Shown: positions 41,772-50,686 of the stretch, in pieces
Layout of the letters: every line of letters begins with the position of its first letter
How positions within the stretch are numbered: the first letter of the stretch is position 1
Source of the DNA: an uncultured delta proteobacterium
GTDB lineage: Bacteria > Desulfobacterota > RBG-13-43-22
Direction of reading: 5' to 3'
Length of the DNA: 64,000 nt
Assembly (NCBI GenBank): GCA_963843145.1
Contig: CAWJJC010000022.1
Location: 32,001 to 96,000 of the forward strand
Made by a program: the position numbers and the translations under genes
The notes under the pieces: generated by a model
What the model was told of the DNA's origin: nothing
Databases searched by the model: none
Seen by the model: the letters and a program-made list of their open reading frames with translations, nothing else

Positions 41772-42494
41772 ATGCGTCCAGTCCCTGCGGAAAAAATTGT
41801 CGAACGGCATGATCTCCGGAATCAAGTCCGGGTTTTTCGAAACCGGGATCACGCCGGCCGGGTGCTGGCCGGTATGCTGGAAAAATTTAAGGGGACCGAT
41901 TCCCTGGTCCTGACGATTCCCTCGGGCGGGGTCCCGGTGGGGGTGGCCATTGCCGAAGAATTGAACCTGCCCCTGGAGGCCGCCGTGGTCAGCAAGATTA
42001 CCCTGCCCTGGAACACGGAGGCCGGGTATGGAGCCGTGGCCTTCGACGGTACGGTGCGGATCAATGAGGACTTGCTGCCTCATCTGCGGTTGAGCGAACA
42101 GCAGATCGCCGAGGGGGTCGAGAAGACCTGGCAGAAAGTGCAACGGCGGGTCAGGAGATTTCTGGGGGGACGGCCTTTCCCCGATCTCACCCATAAAACC
42201 ATTATCCTGGTGGACGACGGCTTGGCCTCCGGGTTCACCTTGCTAGTGTCGATAGAGGCTATTCGCCGCCTGGGGTCCGGGGAGATCATCATCGCCGTAC
42301 CGACCGGCAGCGCCGACCGGTTGCGCCAGGTGGCGCGGGAGGTGGATAGCCTCTACTGCGCCAATATCCGCGAAGGCTGGGGGTTTGCCGTGGCCGAGGC
42401 TTATCGGCGGTGGGTTGACCTGGAGGAAGAGGAGGCCGTACGGCTATTCAAGGATTATCAGGTCCGCTTTGAGAAGGCCCCTATCCCCATTTGA
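41772..42494 (+). CDS. Type I phosphoribosyltransferase family protein
   Basis: FRNRDHAG, IPSGGVPV and ILVDDGLASG PRPP loop. Confidence 0.88.
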   Translation: MRPVPAEKIVERHDLRNQVRVFRNRDHAGRVLAGMLEKFKGTDSLVLTIPSGGVPVGVAIAEELNLPLEAAVVSKITLPWNTEAGYGAVAFDGTVRINEDLLPHLRLSEQQIAEGVEKTWQKVQRRVRRFLGGRPFPDLTHKTIILVDDGLASGFTLLVSIEAIRRLGSGEIIIAVPTGSADRLRQVAREVDSLYCANIREGWGFAVAEAYRRWVDLEEEEAVRLFKDYQVRFEKAPIPI

Positions 42495-42578
42495 AAAGTC
42501 CTCCCCACATCCCTTTTCCCAGGCCAAGGCCTGGCAGGCTCAAGAGGAGTCAGAAGGAATAGGGGCCGTTGACAACAC

Positions 42579-43358
42579 CTATCGTTCTTTCCACTCCGGC
42601 TGTCTCTTTCCAATGGAAGCTGTCATGCCTTCGATGGCGTCGGGCCACTGGGCCTGGGAGGCCATCAACTCCTTGGCGTAATGATAGGCCTGGCGTTCGG
42701 GCATGTCGATCTGCTGGTAATAATGCTGCTTGGCCGTACCCAGGACCAGGATACTGTACTGGGCGATTTCCCGGGCTAGCTTCCAGGTCTCTTCTTCGAG
42801 ATTTTCATCGGCGACCACCCGGTTGATCAACCCCCATTCCAGGGCCTGTTGGGCGCTAATAAAGTTCCCGGTGAAAAGCATCTCCAGGCAGCGCTTGGAG
42901 CCGATGGCCCGGCTGACGGCCACCGTGGGGGTGGAACAGTTGTAGCCGATCTTGACCCCGGTCATGGCAAACTGGGCCTTTTTTTGACCGGCCACGGCCA
43001 GGTCGCAGCCGGCGACCAGGTGACAGCCACCGGCCATGGCGATCCCCTGGACCTGGGCGATAACCGGCTGGGGGATGGACCGCAAGGCGTCGTACATATC
43101 GATGCAGGTTTGAAAGAACCGGCGGACGTCGTTGATCGGCTGGTTCAGAATCTCCAAGCGGTCATGGCCGGAGCAGAACAGATCCCCCGCGGCCTGGATG
43201 ATGATCACCCGGACGGTTTTTTCGTGGCCGGCCACTTTCAAGCAATGGGTCATTTCCAGTTCGGCCTGGATGCCCAGAGCATTGCGCTTCTCCGGCCGGT
43301 TCAAAGTCAAGATGCCAATTTGTTCTTTTTCTTCATAAAGGATGTGCTGGTAGGACAT
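42579..43358 (-). CDS. Crotonase/enoyl-CoA hydratase family protein (ECHDC3-like)
   Basis: TLNRPEKRNAL, FCSGHD, AGGCHL and NCSTP motifs. Confidence 0.9.
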   Translation of the reverse strand: MSYQHILYEEKEQIGILTLNRPEKRNALGIQAELEMTHCLKVAGHEKTVRVIIIQAAGDLFCSGHDRLEILNQPINDVRRFFQTCIDMYDALRSIPQPVIAQVQGIAMAGGCHLVAGCDLAVAGQKKAQFAMTGVKIGYNCSTPTVAVSRAIGSKRCLEMLFTGNFISAQQALEWGLINRVVADENLEEETWKLAREIAQYSILVLGTAKQHYYQQIDMPERQAYHYAKELMASQAQWPDAIEGMTASIGKRQPEWKER

Positions 43359-43390
43359 GGGAGCGCTCCTTCAAAAAATGGGGTGGGGAT

Positions 43391-43483
43391 GAATGGAAGA
43401 TTGGAATAATGGAATAAAGGGAAAAACCCCCCGGGGCCTGAAGGTTTTATCATTATTCCAATATTCCATCATTCCATTACTCC
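43391..43483. repeat. Inverted pair of octamer tandem arrays
   Basis: GAATGGAA GATTGGAA TAATGGAA ... TTATTCCA ATATTCCA TCATTCCA TTACTCCG. Confidence 0.7.
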
Positions 43484-43507
43484 GAAACAGGTGATTCCTT
43501 TTCCGTG

Positions 43508-45022
43508 TTATCTTACCTCTTCCTTGTCCCGGAGCAGCCGCCGCAGGGCCTTGCCGGCCGCGGACCGGGGTATCTCGTCAATGAACTCCACAGCCGACGG
43601 GACCTTGTAGGGGGCCATTTTGGCCTTGCAGAAAGCCCGGATTTCTTCGGCGGTAGCCGTCTCACCTTCCTTAATCTGGATGAAAGCCTTCGGGGTCTCT
43701 CCCTTAAGTTCATCGGCGATGCCGATGACGACCACATCCTTAATCCGGGGATGGGCCAGCATCATATCCTCCACCTCGGAGGGGAAGACCTTTTCCCCAC
43801 CCACATTGATCATGTCTTTCAGGCGATCAACGATATAGGCATAACCCTCTTCATCCAGGTAGGCGATGTCCCCCGAGTGGAACCAGCCTTCGGCATCAAA
43901 GACCTGCCGGGTGGCCTCGGGTTTGTTCAGATACCCGCGGGTGACACAGGTCCCCCGCACGCAAAGTTCTCCCTGCTCCCTCGGGGGAAGGGTCCGGCCG
44001 CTGGGATCGACCACTTTCATCTGGGCATCGGCCATTCCTCGTCCGCAGGAGCCGATCCGGGTTTCGGTGTAGGGGGAGGTGGCGCCCACGCAGGAGACCT
44101 CGGTCAGTCCCCAGGCTTCGGCGTAACGCCAGTTCATATTTTCCTGGACCTGGCGGATGAGATTTTCCGGCATTTTGGTGGCGGCGGACAGACAAAAGAC
44201 CACGGAAGAGAGATCCCGTTGAGTCAGGTCCGGCAGCTTGAGGATCAGGTTGTACATGGGGGGGACGCCAATAAAGATCGTGGGCCTTAAGCGTTCGATA
44301 TCATGAACGGCTTTCTCGGGATAAAAACGCTCTACGGTGATCACCGTGCCTCCCCGGGAGAGCATGCCGAAGGTCCCATTGATCAAGCCCCAGCAATGGA
44401 AAATCGGGGTGGCCACCATAATGGTGTCCTGAGGGTTAAGATGGACTTTTCCGAACTCGACGGCGTTATGCCAAATGTTCAGATGGGTGGCCATGACCCC
44501 TTTAGGCCATCCCGTGGTTCCGGAGGTGTACATGAGGTGGCAGGTATCGCTGCCTTTAGTTCCCGGGTCCACGAAAACGGGGTCTGTTTCCCGCAGAATG
44601 GTTTCAAAGGCGGCGTAGGCCGGTCTACCCGATTCCTTCAACGGGATCACCGTGCTCAAAGAGGGGACCTCCGGTCGAACGGACTCGATGATCGGGAACC
44701 GGGTTTCGTCCACCAGGACAGCACTGGATTGGCAGTCCTTTAGAATGTAGGCCACTTCCTGTTCTTTGAGCAGGGCATTGACCACATTGACGATCAATCC
44801 GGCCCGGACCGTTCCCAGATACCCGATGATCAACTCCGGAAGGCTGGGGAGAAAGAGGGACAAGACGTCCCCTTTCTGCAATCCCAGTTTCAGGAAACCG
44901 GCAGCCGCCCGATCGATTAGCGTATCGAGTTCGGCGTAAGAGATGCGTCGATCTTCGAAGACAATCGCGGTTTTTTGAGGGGTTTCCTTTAAAGGTTTAT
45001 TGATGATTCGGGAAACATTCAT
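43508..45022 (-). CDS. AMP-forming acyl-CoA ligase
   Basis: YTSGTTGWPKG, WGLTE, SGDIA, DRLKD and PRSAAGK motifs. Confidence 0.93.
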   Translation of the reverse strand: MNVSRIINKPLKETPQKTAIVFEDRRISYAELDTLIDRAAAGFLKLGLQKGDVLSLFLPSLPELIIGYLGTVRAGLIVNVVNALLKEQEVAYILKDCQSSAVLVDETRFPIIESVRPEVPSLSTVIPLKESGRPAYAAFETILRETDPVFVDPGTKGSDTCHLMYTSGTTGWPKGVMATHLNIWHNAVEFGKVHLNPQDTIMVATPIFHCWGLINGTFGMLSRGGTVITVERFYPEKAVHDIERLRPTIFIGVPPMYNLILKLPDLTQRDLSSVVFCLSAATKMPENLIRQVQENMNWRYAEAWGLTEVSCVGATSPYTETRIGSCGRGMADAQMKVVDPSGRTLPPREQGELCVRGTCVTRGYLNKPEATRQVFDAEGWFHSGDIAYLDEEGYAYIVDRLKDMINVGGEKVFPSEVEDMMLAHPRIKDVVVIGIADELKGETPKAFIQIKEGETATAEEIRAFCKAKMAPYKVPSAVEFIDEIPRSAAGKALRRLLRDKEEVR

Positions 45023-45123
45023 ATCTTATCGAAACTCCTTGCTTTTTGCAAAACTTATAATTAATGTCTGGGATTGTCAATATTTTTCCCGTTGGCCGAT
45101 AGACGAAGCAGGAGGACAAAACC

Positions 45124-46182
45124 TTGAAGGACCATATCCCCTTGGGCGTCGGGTTTTACCCGGACTGGTGGAACAAGCATTACGGCCTCTCGTACGACCG
45201 GAATTATTATTTCGACCCGGAAACCCGGATCGCGGCCCGTTTGGAAATGGACCAAAGACTGCACGAACGTTTTGGGGACGTCGGCCTGGGAGACCCGGAC
45301 CCGAAGCCCAAACCCTTCATCACCTTCGGCATGGTCATGCTGCCGGCCATTTTCGGCTGCGAGATCGTCTTCAAGAAGGACGCCCTCCCCTGGGCCCTGC
45401 CGCTAAACCTATCCGAAGACCGGATCATGAAACTGGAGGTCCCGGACATTGGTAAGGTCTATCCCCTGACCGAGATAATTAAGCAGATTGATTATCTCCA
45501 GGGTAAATACGGGCGGGTCGTGGGGGATATCAATACCACCGGGGTCCAGAATCTGGCCTTGAAGCTGCGCGGCGAACAGCTTTATTTTGATTATTTTGAA
45601 AATCCGGACCTCTGCCATCACCTGCTGAGGGTCTGCACCCGGGCCATCATCCAATTATTCCAATGGGTCTATAAAATTACCGGGACCGGGGCCCTGGACG
45701 TGACCCCCATGTGCGACCCCCGGTTGTTTGTCCTGCCCAACTGCACGGTGGAGCAGGTTTCCCTGGGCACCTACGAAAAATTTAATCTGCCCTATGACAA
45801 TCAGGTGGCCAAGGCCTGTCATCCCCTGGGAATTCACCATTGCGGATCGGTGAACCAGGTCCTGGAGGGTTATGCCCGGGTCCGCCATTTGAAATTTTTA
45901 GAGATCGGTTTCGGATCGGACGTCCGGCGGACCCGCGAAGTCCTGGGGCCCAAGGTGGCGGTCAACGCCCGCATCAACCCCGTCCTGATGAAGAACGGGA
46001 CCCCGGAAGAGGTCTCCCAAGAAGTGCGCCGGTTGATCGACCAGGGCGATCCCCTGAAAAATTTTTCCATCGATACGGTCGGGCTGACCTTTGGCACCCC
46101 CGATGAAAATGTGAAGGCGGCCCGGCAGGCGGCGGCCGAATATGGAAAAATTACGAAAAAGAAGACTTCCATAAAGGAATAA
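45124..46182 (+). CDS. UroD/MtaA-fold protein, probable substrate:corrinoid methyltransferase (MT1)
   Basis: LRGEQLYFD, HHCG, GTPEEV and TPDENV motifs typical of the URO-D fold; TTG start after AGGAGG; operonic with a corrinoid protein. Confidence 0.8.
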   Translation: MKDHIPLGVGFYPDWWNKHYGLSYDRNYYFDPETRIAARLEMDQRLHERFGDVGLGDPDPKPKPFITFGMVMLPAIFGCEIVFKKDALPWALPLNLSEDRIMKLEVPDIGKVYPLTEIIKQIDYLQGKYGRVVGDINTTGVQNLALKLRGEQLYFDYFENPDLCHHLLRVCTRAIIQLFQWVYKITGTGALDVTPMCDPRLFVLPNCTVEQVSLGTYEKFNLPYDNQVAKACHPLGIHHCGSVNQVLEGYARVRHLKFLEIGFGSDVRRTREVLGPKVAVNARINPVLMKNGTPEEVSQEVRRLIDQGDPLKNFSIDTVGLTFGTPDENVKAARQAAAEYGKITKKKTSIKE

Positions 46183-46186
46183 AGTC

Positions 46187-47752
46187 TTGGTTTCAGGGGT
46201 ATCAAAAAAGAGGAAGCTCCTGGAAACAGCCGTTCAGAGCCCCACCCGGACGGTATGGATCGGGTCTCACCATCCTCTGGTGATCATCGGTGAACGGATC
46301 AATCCGACCGGACGGAAGAATCTGGCCCGGGCCCTGGAGGAAGGGGACCTGAAAATGGTGCAGGAAGAGGCTCTGGCCCAGGTTCGGGAAGGGGCGCATA
46401 TTCTGGACGTCAATGTCGGGGTTTCCGGGATTGATGAGCCTCGGGTCCTGCAGCAGGCCATCCGGGCCATTCAGGAGGTAACGGAGGCGCCGTTATGCCT
46501 TGATTCCGCCCTGCCCCGGGCCCTGGAGGCCGGGTTGGAAGTGTACCGGGGAAAGGCGTTGGTCAATTCCGTTAATGGAGAATCGGAGAAACTGGATCGG
46601 ATCCTGCCGCTGGTTAAGGCTCACGGGGCGGCGGTGATCGGCCTGACCATGGACGATCGGGGTATACCCCAAAAGGCCGAGGACCGGCTGGAGATCGCCC
46701 GAACCATCGTGAAGCGCGCTGAAAAAATGGGAATATCCCGGGAAGACGTGATCATCGATCCCTTGGCCATGGCCCTGAGCGCCGACCACCTTACCGCCCT
46801 GGAAACCCTGAAGGCCCTGCGGATGATCCGCGAAGAACTGGGCGTCAACCTGACCCTCGGCCTATCCAATATTTCCTTCGGTCTGCCGGACCGTACGACG
46901 ATCAATGCGGCCTTTTTAAACATGGCGGTTTGGAGCGGGCTCACCTGTGCCATCATGGATCCCACGATTCGGGAGATGCACCGGGCCGCCCTGCTGGGGG
47001 ATTTGCTGCTGGGTAAAGATGAAAACTGCCTGAAATACATTGACGTGATGGGGCGAAGGGTTAGAGGTGAGGAAGCGCTGCTGGCGGGACCTAGTCCAGC
47101 CGAGGCCCCCTCCGGCGACCTGGAACGGCTGAAGTCGGCGGTAATCGAGGGAAAACGAAGGGCAGCGGAGGAGCTCACCCGCCGGGTCCTGGAGGGGGGG
47201 ACTGACCCGCAGGAGATCATCCAGGGGACGCTGATCCCGGCCCTGAACGTGGTCGGGGAACGGTTCGAAAACCGGAAGATCTTCGTCCCGGAAATGATGG
47301 TCTCGGCCAAGGCCATGCAGGCCTGCGTGGACCTGGTCAAGCCCCATTTGAAGCAGGCGGCGGAGGAATCCCCGCTGGCCACTATCGTGCTGGGCACGGT
47401 ATTCGGTGATCTCCACGACATCGGGAAAAATCTGGTGAAGCTGCTCCTGGAATCGGCCGGCTTCCGGGTGGTCGATCTGGGGGAAAACGTCCCGGCCGAG
47501 CGATTCGTGGCGGCGGCCCGGGAACATCAGGCGCGGGTGGTCGGCCTGTCATCACTGCTGACCACCGGCGACCCTTTCGTGGAGCAGACCATCAAGGCTA
47601 TCAGGGCCAGCGACATCGCCGGAAAGGTCAAGGTGGTCTGCGGCGGCGCGGCCCTCACCCCGAAATTCGTTCTGGATACCTGCGGCGCCGACGCCCACGC
47701 CAAAGACGCGGCCGACGGGCTGAAGAAGATCAAGGAGATGGTTAGAATTTAA
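46187..47752 (+). CDS. Fusion of a pterin-binding methyltransferase (AcsE/MetH-like) and a corrinoid protein (cap plus B12-binding)
   Basis: IIGERINPTG, DVNVG, VNSV and GLSNISFGLP; then IFVPEMM, GDLHDIGKNLV (DxHxxG), SSLLT and GGA. Confidence 0.9.
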   Translation: MVSGVSKKRKLLETAVQSPTRTVWIGSHHPLVIIGERINPTGRKNLARALEEGDLKMVQEEALAQVREGAHILDVNVGVSGIDEPRVLQQAIRAIQEVTEAPLCLDSALPRALEAGLEVYRGKALVNSVNGESEKLDRILPLVKAHGAAVIGLTMDDRGIPQKAEDRLEIARTIVKRAEKMGISREDVIIDPLAMALSADHLTALETLKALRMIREELGVNLTLGLSNISFGLPDRTTINAAFLNMAVWSGLTCAIMDPTIREMHRAALLGDLLLGKDENCLKYIDVMGRRVRGEEALLAGPSPAEAPSGDLERLKSAVIEGKRRAAEELTRRVLEGGTDPQEIIQGTLIPALNVVGERFENRKIFVPEMMVSAKAMQACVDLVKPHLKQAAEESPLATIVLGTVFGDLHDIGKNLVKLLLESAGFRVVDLGENVPAERFVAAAREHQARVVGLSSLLTTGDPFVEQTIKAIRASDIAGKVKVVCGGAALTPKFVLDTCGADAHAKDAADGLKKIKEMVRI

Positions 47753-47791
47753 TTTATCAGGGTTACGAATTTTTTTGCCGGCAGTCCTTTT

Positions 47792-49645
47792 ATGGTCTCC
47801 ATACTTTTCCTGCCTTTTCAAAAATCAATTGAAACCGATGGCCGGAGGACCCTCCTGGAGCTGGGCCGCGAGTTAAGGTTGCCGTTACAGGCTGCCTGCG
47901 GAGGGAAGAAAATCTGCGGGCGGTGCCGGGTCATCGTTGAAGAAACCAGGGAACTCTTGCCAGCGCCCACGGAAAGGGAACGGGAGGTCTTAGGGGATTT
48001 AGTTGAAATGGGCTACCGGCTGGCCTGTGAAACGGTTTTGTCCAGGGGGGCGCGGGTGCGCATCCCGGAAGAGAGTCAAATCCGCCCCCCCGTTATTCTG
48101 ACCTCCGACGGGTTCGGCGAACTCCCGGTCCGCCTGCGGCCCGCGGTGGGGGCTTATTATCTGGAGGTGCCTCTGCCGGTCCAGGGGCGGGTGATTGCCG
48201 ATCGGGAAAGACTGCTTCAAGCACTGGAAGCGGATTATGGACTTAAAAAAGTCGACATCGACCCGCTCGTTCTGCCGCACCTCCCCCAAACCCTTCGAGC
48301 CTTGGAAAATCGAGTCACGGCGGCCGTCCGGAACGGCCGGAAGGTGGTGGGGTTATTCCCGGGGCGGGAAGGACGGCTGCTGGGCCTGGCCGTGGATATC
48401 GGGACGACTACGCTGGTGGCCTATCTCCTCGATCTTCTGACCGGAGAACGGCTGGCAGTCTCTTCGGCCTTGAACCCGCAGGGCCATTTTGGGGATGACG
48501 TCATTACCCGGATCGCCTTTGGTCAGAAGGACCCGGTAGGAGCGGTTCAACTCCGGGAGGCCGTCAGGCTAGGAATCAATGATCTGATTGGCCGGGTGGT
48601 GGAAAAGGCCGGCGTTCGGCCGGAGCTGATTCTGGAAGCGGCCGTGGTGGGGAATACGGCCATGCATCATTTTTTCCTGGGTTTGGAAACACAATTTTTG
48701 GCCAGGGCGCCGTACCCCCCGGTGGTCCAGGAAGGTTTGTTTATAAAGGCCCGCGACGCCGGGCTGGCCATCAACCCTTCCGGAACGGTGCATTTGCTGC
48801 CGCTCAAGGCCGGGTTTGTCGGCGGCGATATTATCGCCGGCATTCTGGCCACGGGGCTGCATAAGTCCAGTCAGGTCCGGCTGCTGATCGATTTAGGTAC
48901 AAACGGGGAAATCGTTTTAGGAAATAAAGACCGGATCCTCTGCTGCTCCACGGCCGCTGGCCCGGCCTTCGAGGGCGGGCATATCCGCTGGGGCATGCGG
49001 GCCTCGGCCGGGGCAGTGGAAAAGGTTCGGATCGATCCGCGGTCCCTGGAGATCAGCCTGGAGACGATAGAGGACCAGCCTCCCCAGGGCCTCTGTGGAT
49101 CCGGTATCCTTTCCCTGGTGGCCGAGATGATCCGGGGGGGGGTTCTTCTGGCCAAGGGAAATTTTAATCGGGAGATTACCTCCCCTCGCTTGCGGGCAGG
49201 ACGAGACGGCCAGGAAATGGTGCTCCTCCGGCACTGGGAGTCCCTGACCGACCAGGAAATCGTCTTTACTCAAAAGGATGTCGCTGAAGTACAAATGGCC
49301 AAGGCCGCCATTCAAGCAGGGGTCGGTCTGCTGAAGGAATTGTTCGGGAATAACCCGATCGAGGAAATTCTTCTGGCCGGAGCCTTTGGAAATTATGCCG
49401 ATCCGGAAGACGCCCGGACCCTGGGACTTATTCCGGCTTTACCGGCACCCAAGGTCCGCGGCGTTGGAAACGCGGCCGGATACGGGGCCTGCCTGACCCT
49501 GTTGGATAAAAACCGGGCGAAGGAAGCCGACCGGATTGCTCGAAAGTTGGAGTATGTAGAACTGGCCGGGAACAGCCGGTTTCAGGAACTGCTGGTGGAC
49601 AGCCTGCTTTTTCCGGAGGCGAAGGATTATAAGGATTTTTTTTGA
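47792..49645 (+). CDS. Second RACo/RamA-type corrinoid reductive activator
   Basis: ACGGKKICGRC...LAC, DIGTTT, GNTAM, DLGTNGE, AGPAFEG and AGAFG motifs. Confidence 0.92.
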   Translation: MVSILFLPFQKSIETDGRRTLLELGRELRLPLQAACGGKKICGRCRVIVEETRELLPAPTEREREVLGDLVEMGYRLACETVLSRGARVRIPEESQIRPPVILTSDGFGELPVRLRPAVGAYYLEVPLPVQGRVIADRERLLQALEADYGLKKVDIDPLVLPHLPQTLRALENRVTAAVRNGRKVVGLFPGREGRLLGLAVDIGTTTLVAYLLDLLTGERLAVSSALNPQGHFGDDVITRIAFGQKDPVGAVQLREAVRLGINDLIGRVVEKAGVRPELILEAAVVGNTAMHHFFLGLETQFLARAPYPPVVQEGLFIKARDAGLAINPSGTVHLLPLKAGFVGGDIIAGILATGLHKSSQVRLLIDLGTNGEIVLGNKDRILCCSTAAGPAFEGGHIRWGMRASAGAVEKVRIDPRSLEISLETIEDQPPQGLCGSGILSLVAEMIRGGVLLAKGNFNREITSPRLRAGRDGQEMVLLRHWESLTDQEIVFTQKDVAEVQMAKAAIQAGVGLLKELFGNNPIEEILLAGAFGNYADPEDARTLGLIPALPAPKVRGVGNAAGYGACLTLLDKNRAKEADRIARKLEYVELAGNSRFQELLVDSLLFPEAKDYKDFF

Positions 49646-49789
49646 TTAGCGGGTACCAGGACAGAAAGGCTGATACTGGATGACGACCCAAAAGCCTTGA
49701 CCCACCGCCCTATTTGCATCGTTCGCGAGTGGCCATTCGGTTACGGGGGTTTAATAAGGGAATAGCTTTCTACGCCAATTGGCCCTTTT

Positions 49790-49836
49790 TGTCATTCTGA
49801 AGGAGTCACGCCCAGGCGTGACGATTGAAGAATCTC
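49790..49836. repeat. REP-like sequence
   Basis: TGTCATTCTGAAGGA-GTCACGCC ca GGCGTGAC-GATTGAAGAATCTC, with an internal hairpin. Confidence 0.5.
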
Positions 49837-49845
49837 CCTGGCAAG

Positions 49846-49995
49846 ATGCGCATCAAAGGCCTGGTGCTGCTCGGCGTCATGATCGCGGCCACAATCTTTT
49901 ATTTATTTGCCGGGAATTTGAAAGGCTGCACCGTCACCCGGGTTGGCAACCAGCCGACACAGGACTCAAAAACCGTTGCACCTGAAAGGAGGTAA
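49846..49995 (+). CDS. Putative small membrane or exported protein (49 aa)
   Basis: MRIKGLVLLGVMIAATIFYLFAGNLKGCTVTRVGNQPTQDSKTVAPERR*; no clear RBS. Confidence 0.45.
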   Translation: MRIKGLVLLGVMIAATIFYLFAGNLKGCTVTRVGNQPTQDSKTVAPERR

Positions 49996-49996
49996 T

Positions 49997-50686
49997 TCAA
50001 CCCAGTATGATCAAGGCATCCACTGCGATGGGTTGGCCGTCCGGTTGAATTTTTAAGGGATTGATGTCGATTTCACGAATGACGGGATTTTCCAGGCCTA
50101 TGGTTCCCAAGGTGATTAAAATGTCGGCCAAGGCTTCCCGATCAACCGGCGGCATCCCCCGAAAGGCGTCCAGGATCTTTCGGCCGCGAAATTCTTCCAT
50201 CATTTGCCGGGCGTCCCAGCGGGACAGAGGCGCCACCCGGAAAGCCACATCTTCCAAAGCCTCCGTGTAAATACCCCCTAACCCGATCATCACACTGGGC
50301 CCGAACTGAGGATCGCGAACCAGTCCGGCTACCAACTCTCGCTCGCCCGCTACCATCTGCTGCACCAGCATTTGCTTCAACGGCACTTGGGTAGCGGCGG
50401 CAAGCTGCTCATAGGCTTCCCTGAGGGCCGAATCGTCTTTCAGACCGAGCTTAAGCAGGCCCAATTCCGTCTTGTGAAGCAGTTCCTCCCCCGAGCCTTT
50501 GAGCGCCAGCGGATAGCCGAGGGCTTCGGCCGCCGCCAGGGCCGCCTTCAAGGAGCTAACGGCTTTCTCGGGTGTAGTCGGAATACCATAGTCCGCAAGA
50601 AACCGTTTGGAGTGGTACTCGCTCAGGGCGCGGGCGCCGCGCGATTGGGCCTGTTGCAGCACTTCGTTCCGGACCGCCACGATCAA
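49997..50686 (-). CDS. ADP-forming acyl/acetate-CoA ligase beta (ATP-grasp) subunit
   Basis: LSEYHSK, GYPLALK, HKTE, DPQFGP and DINPL motifs. Confidence 0.9.
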   Translation of the reverse strand: MIVAVRNEVLQQAQSRGARALSEYHSKRFLADYGIPTTPEKAVSSLKAALAAAEALGYPLALKGSGEELLHKTELGLLKLGLKDDSALREAYEQLAAATQVPLKQMLVQQMVAGERELVAGLVRDPQFGPSVMIGLGGIYTEALEDVAFRVAPLSRWDARQMMEEFRGRKILDAFRGMPPVDREALADILITLGTIGLENPVIREIDINPLKIQPDGQPIAVDALIILG

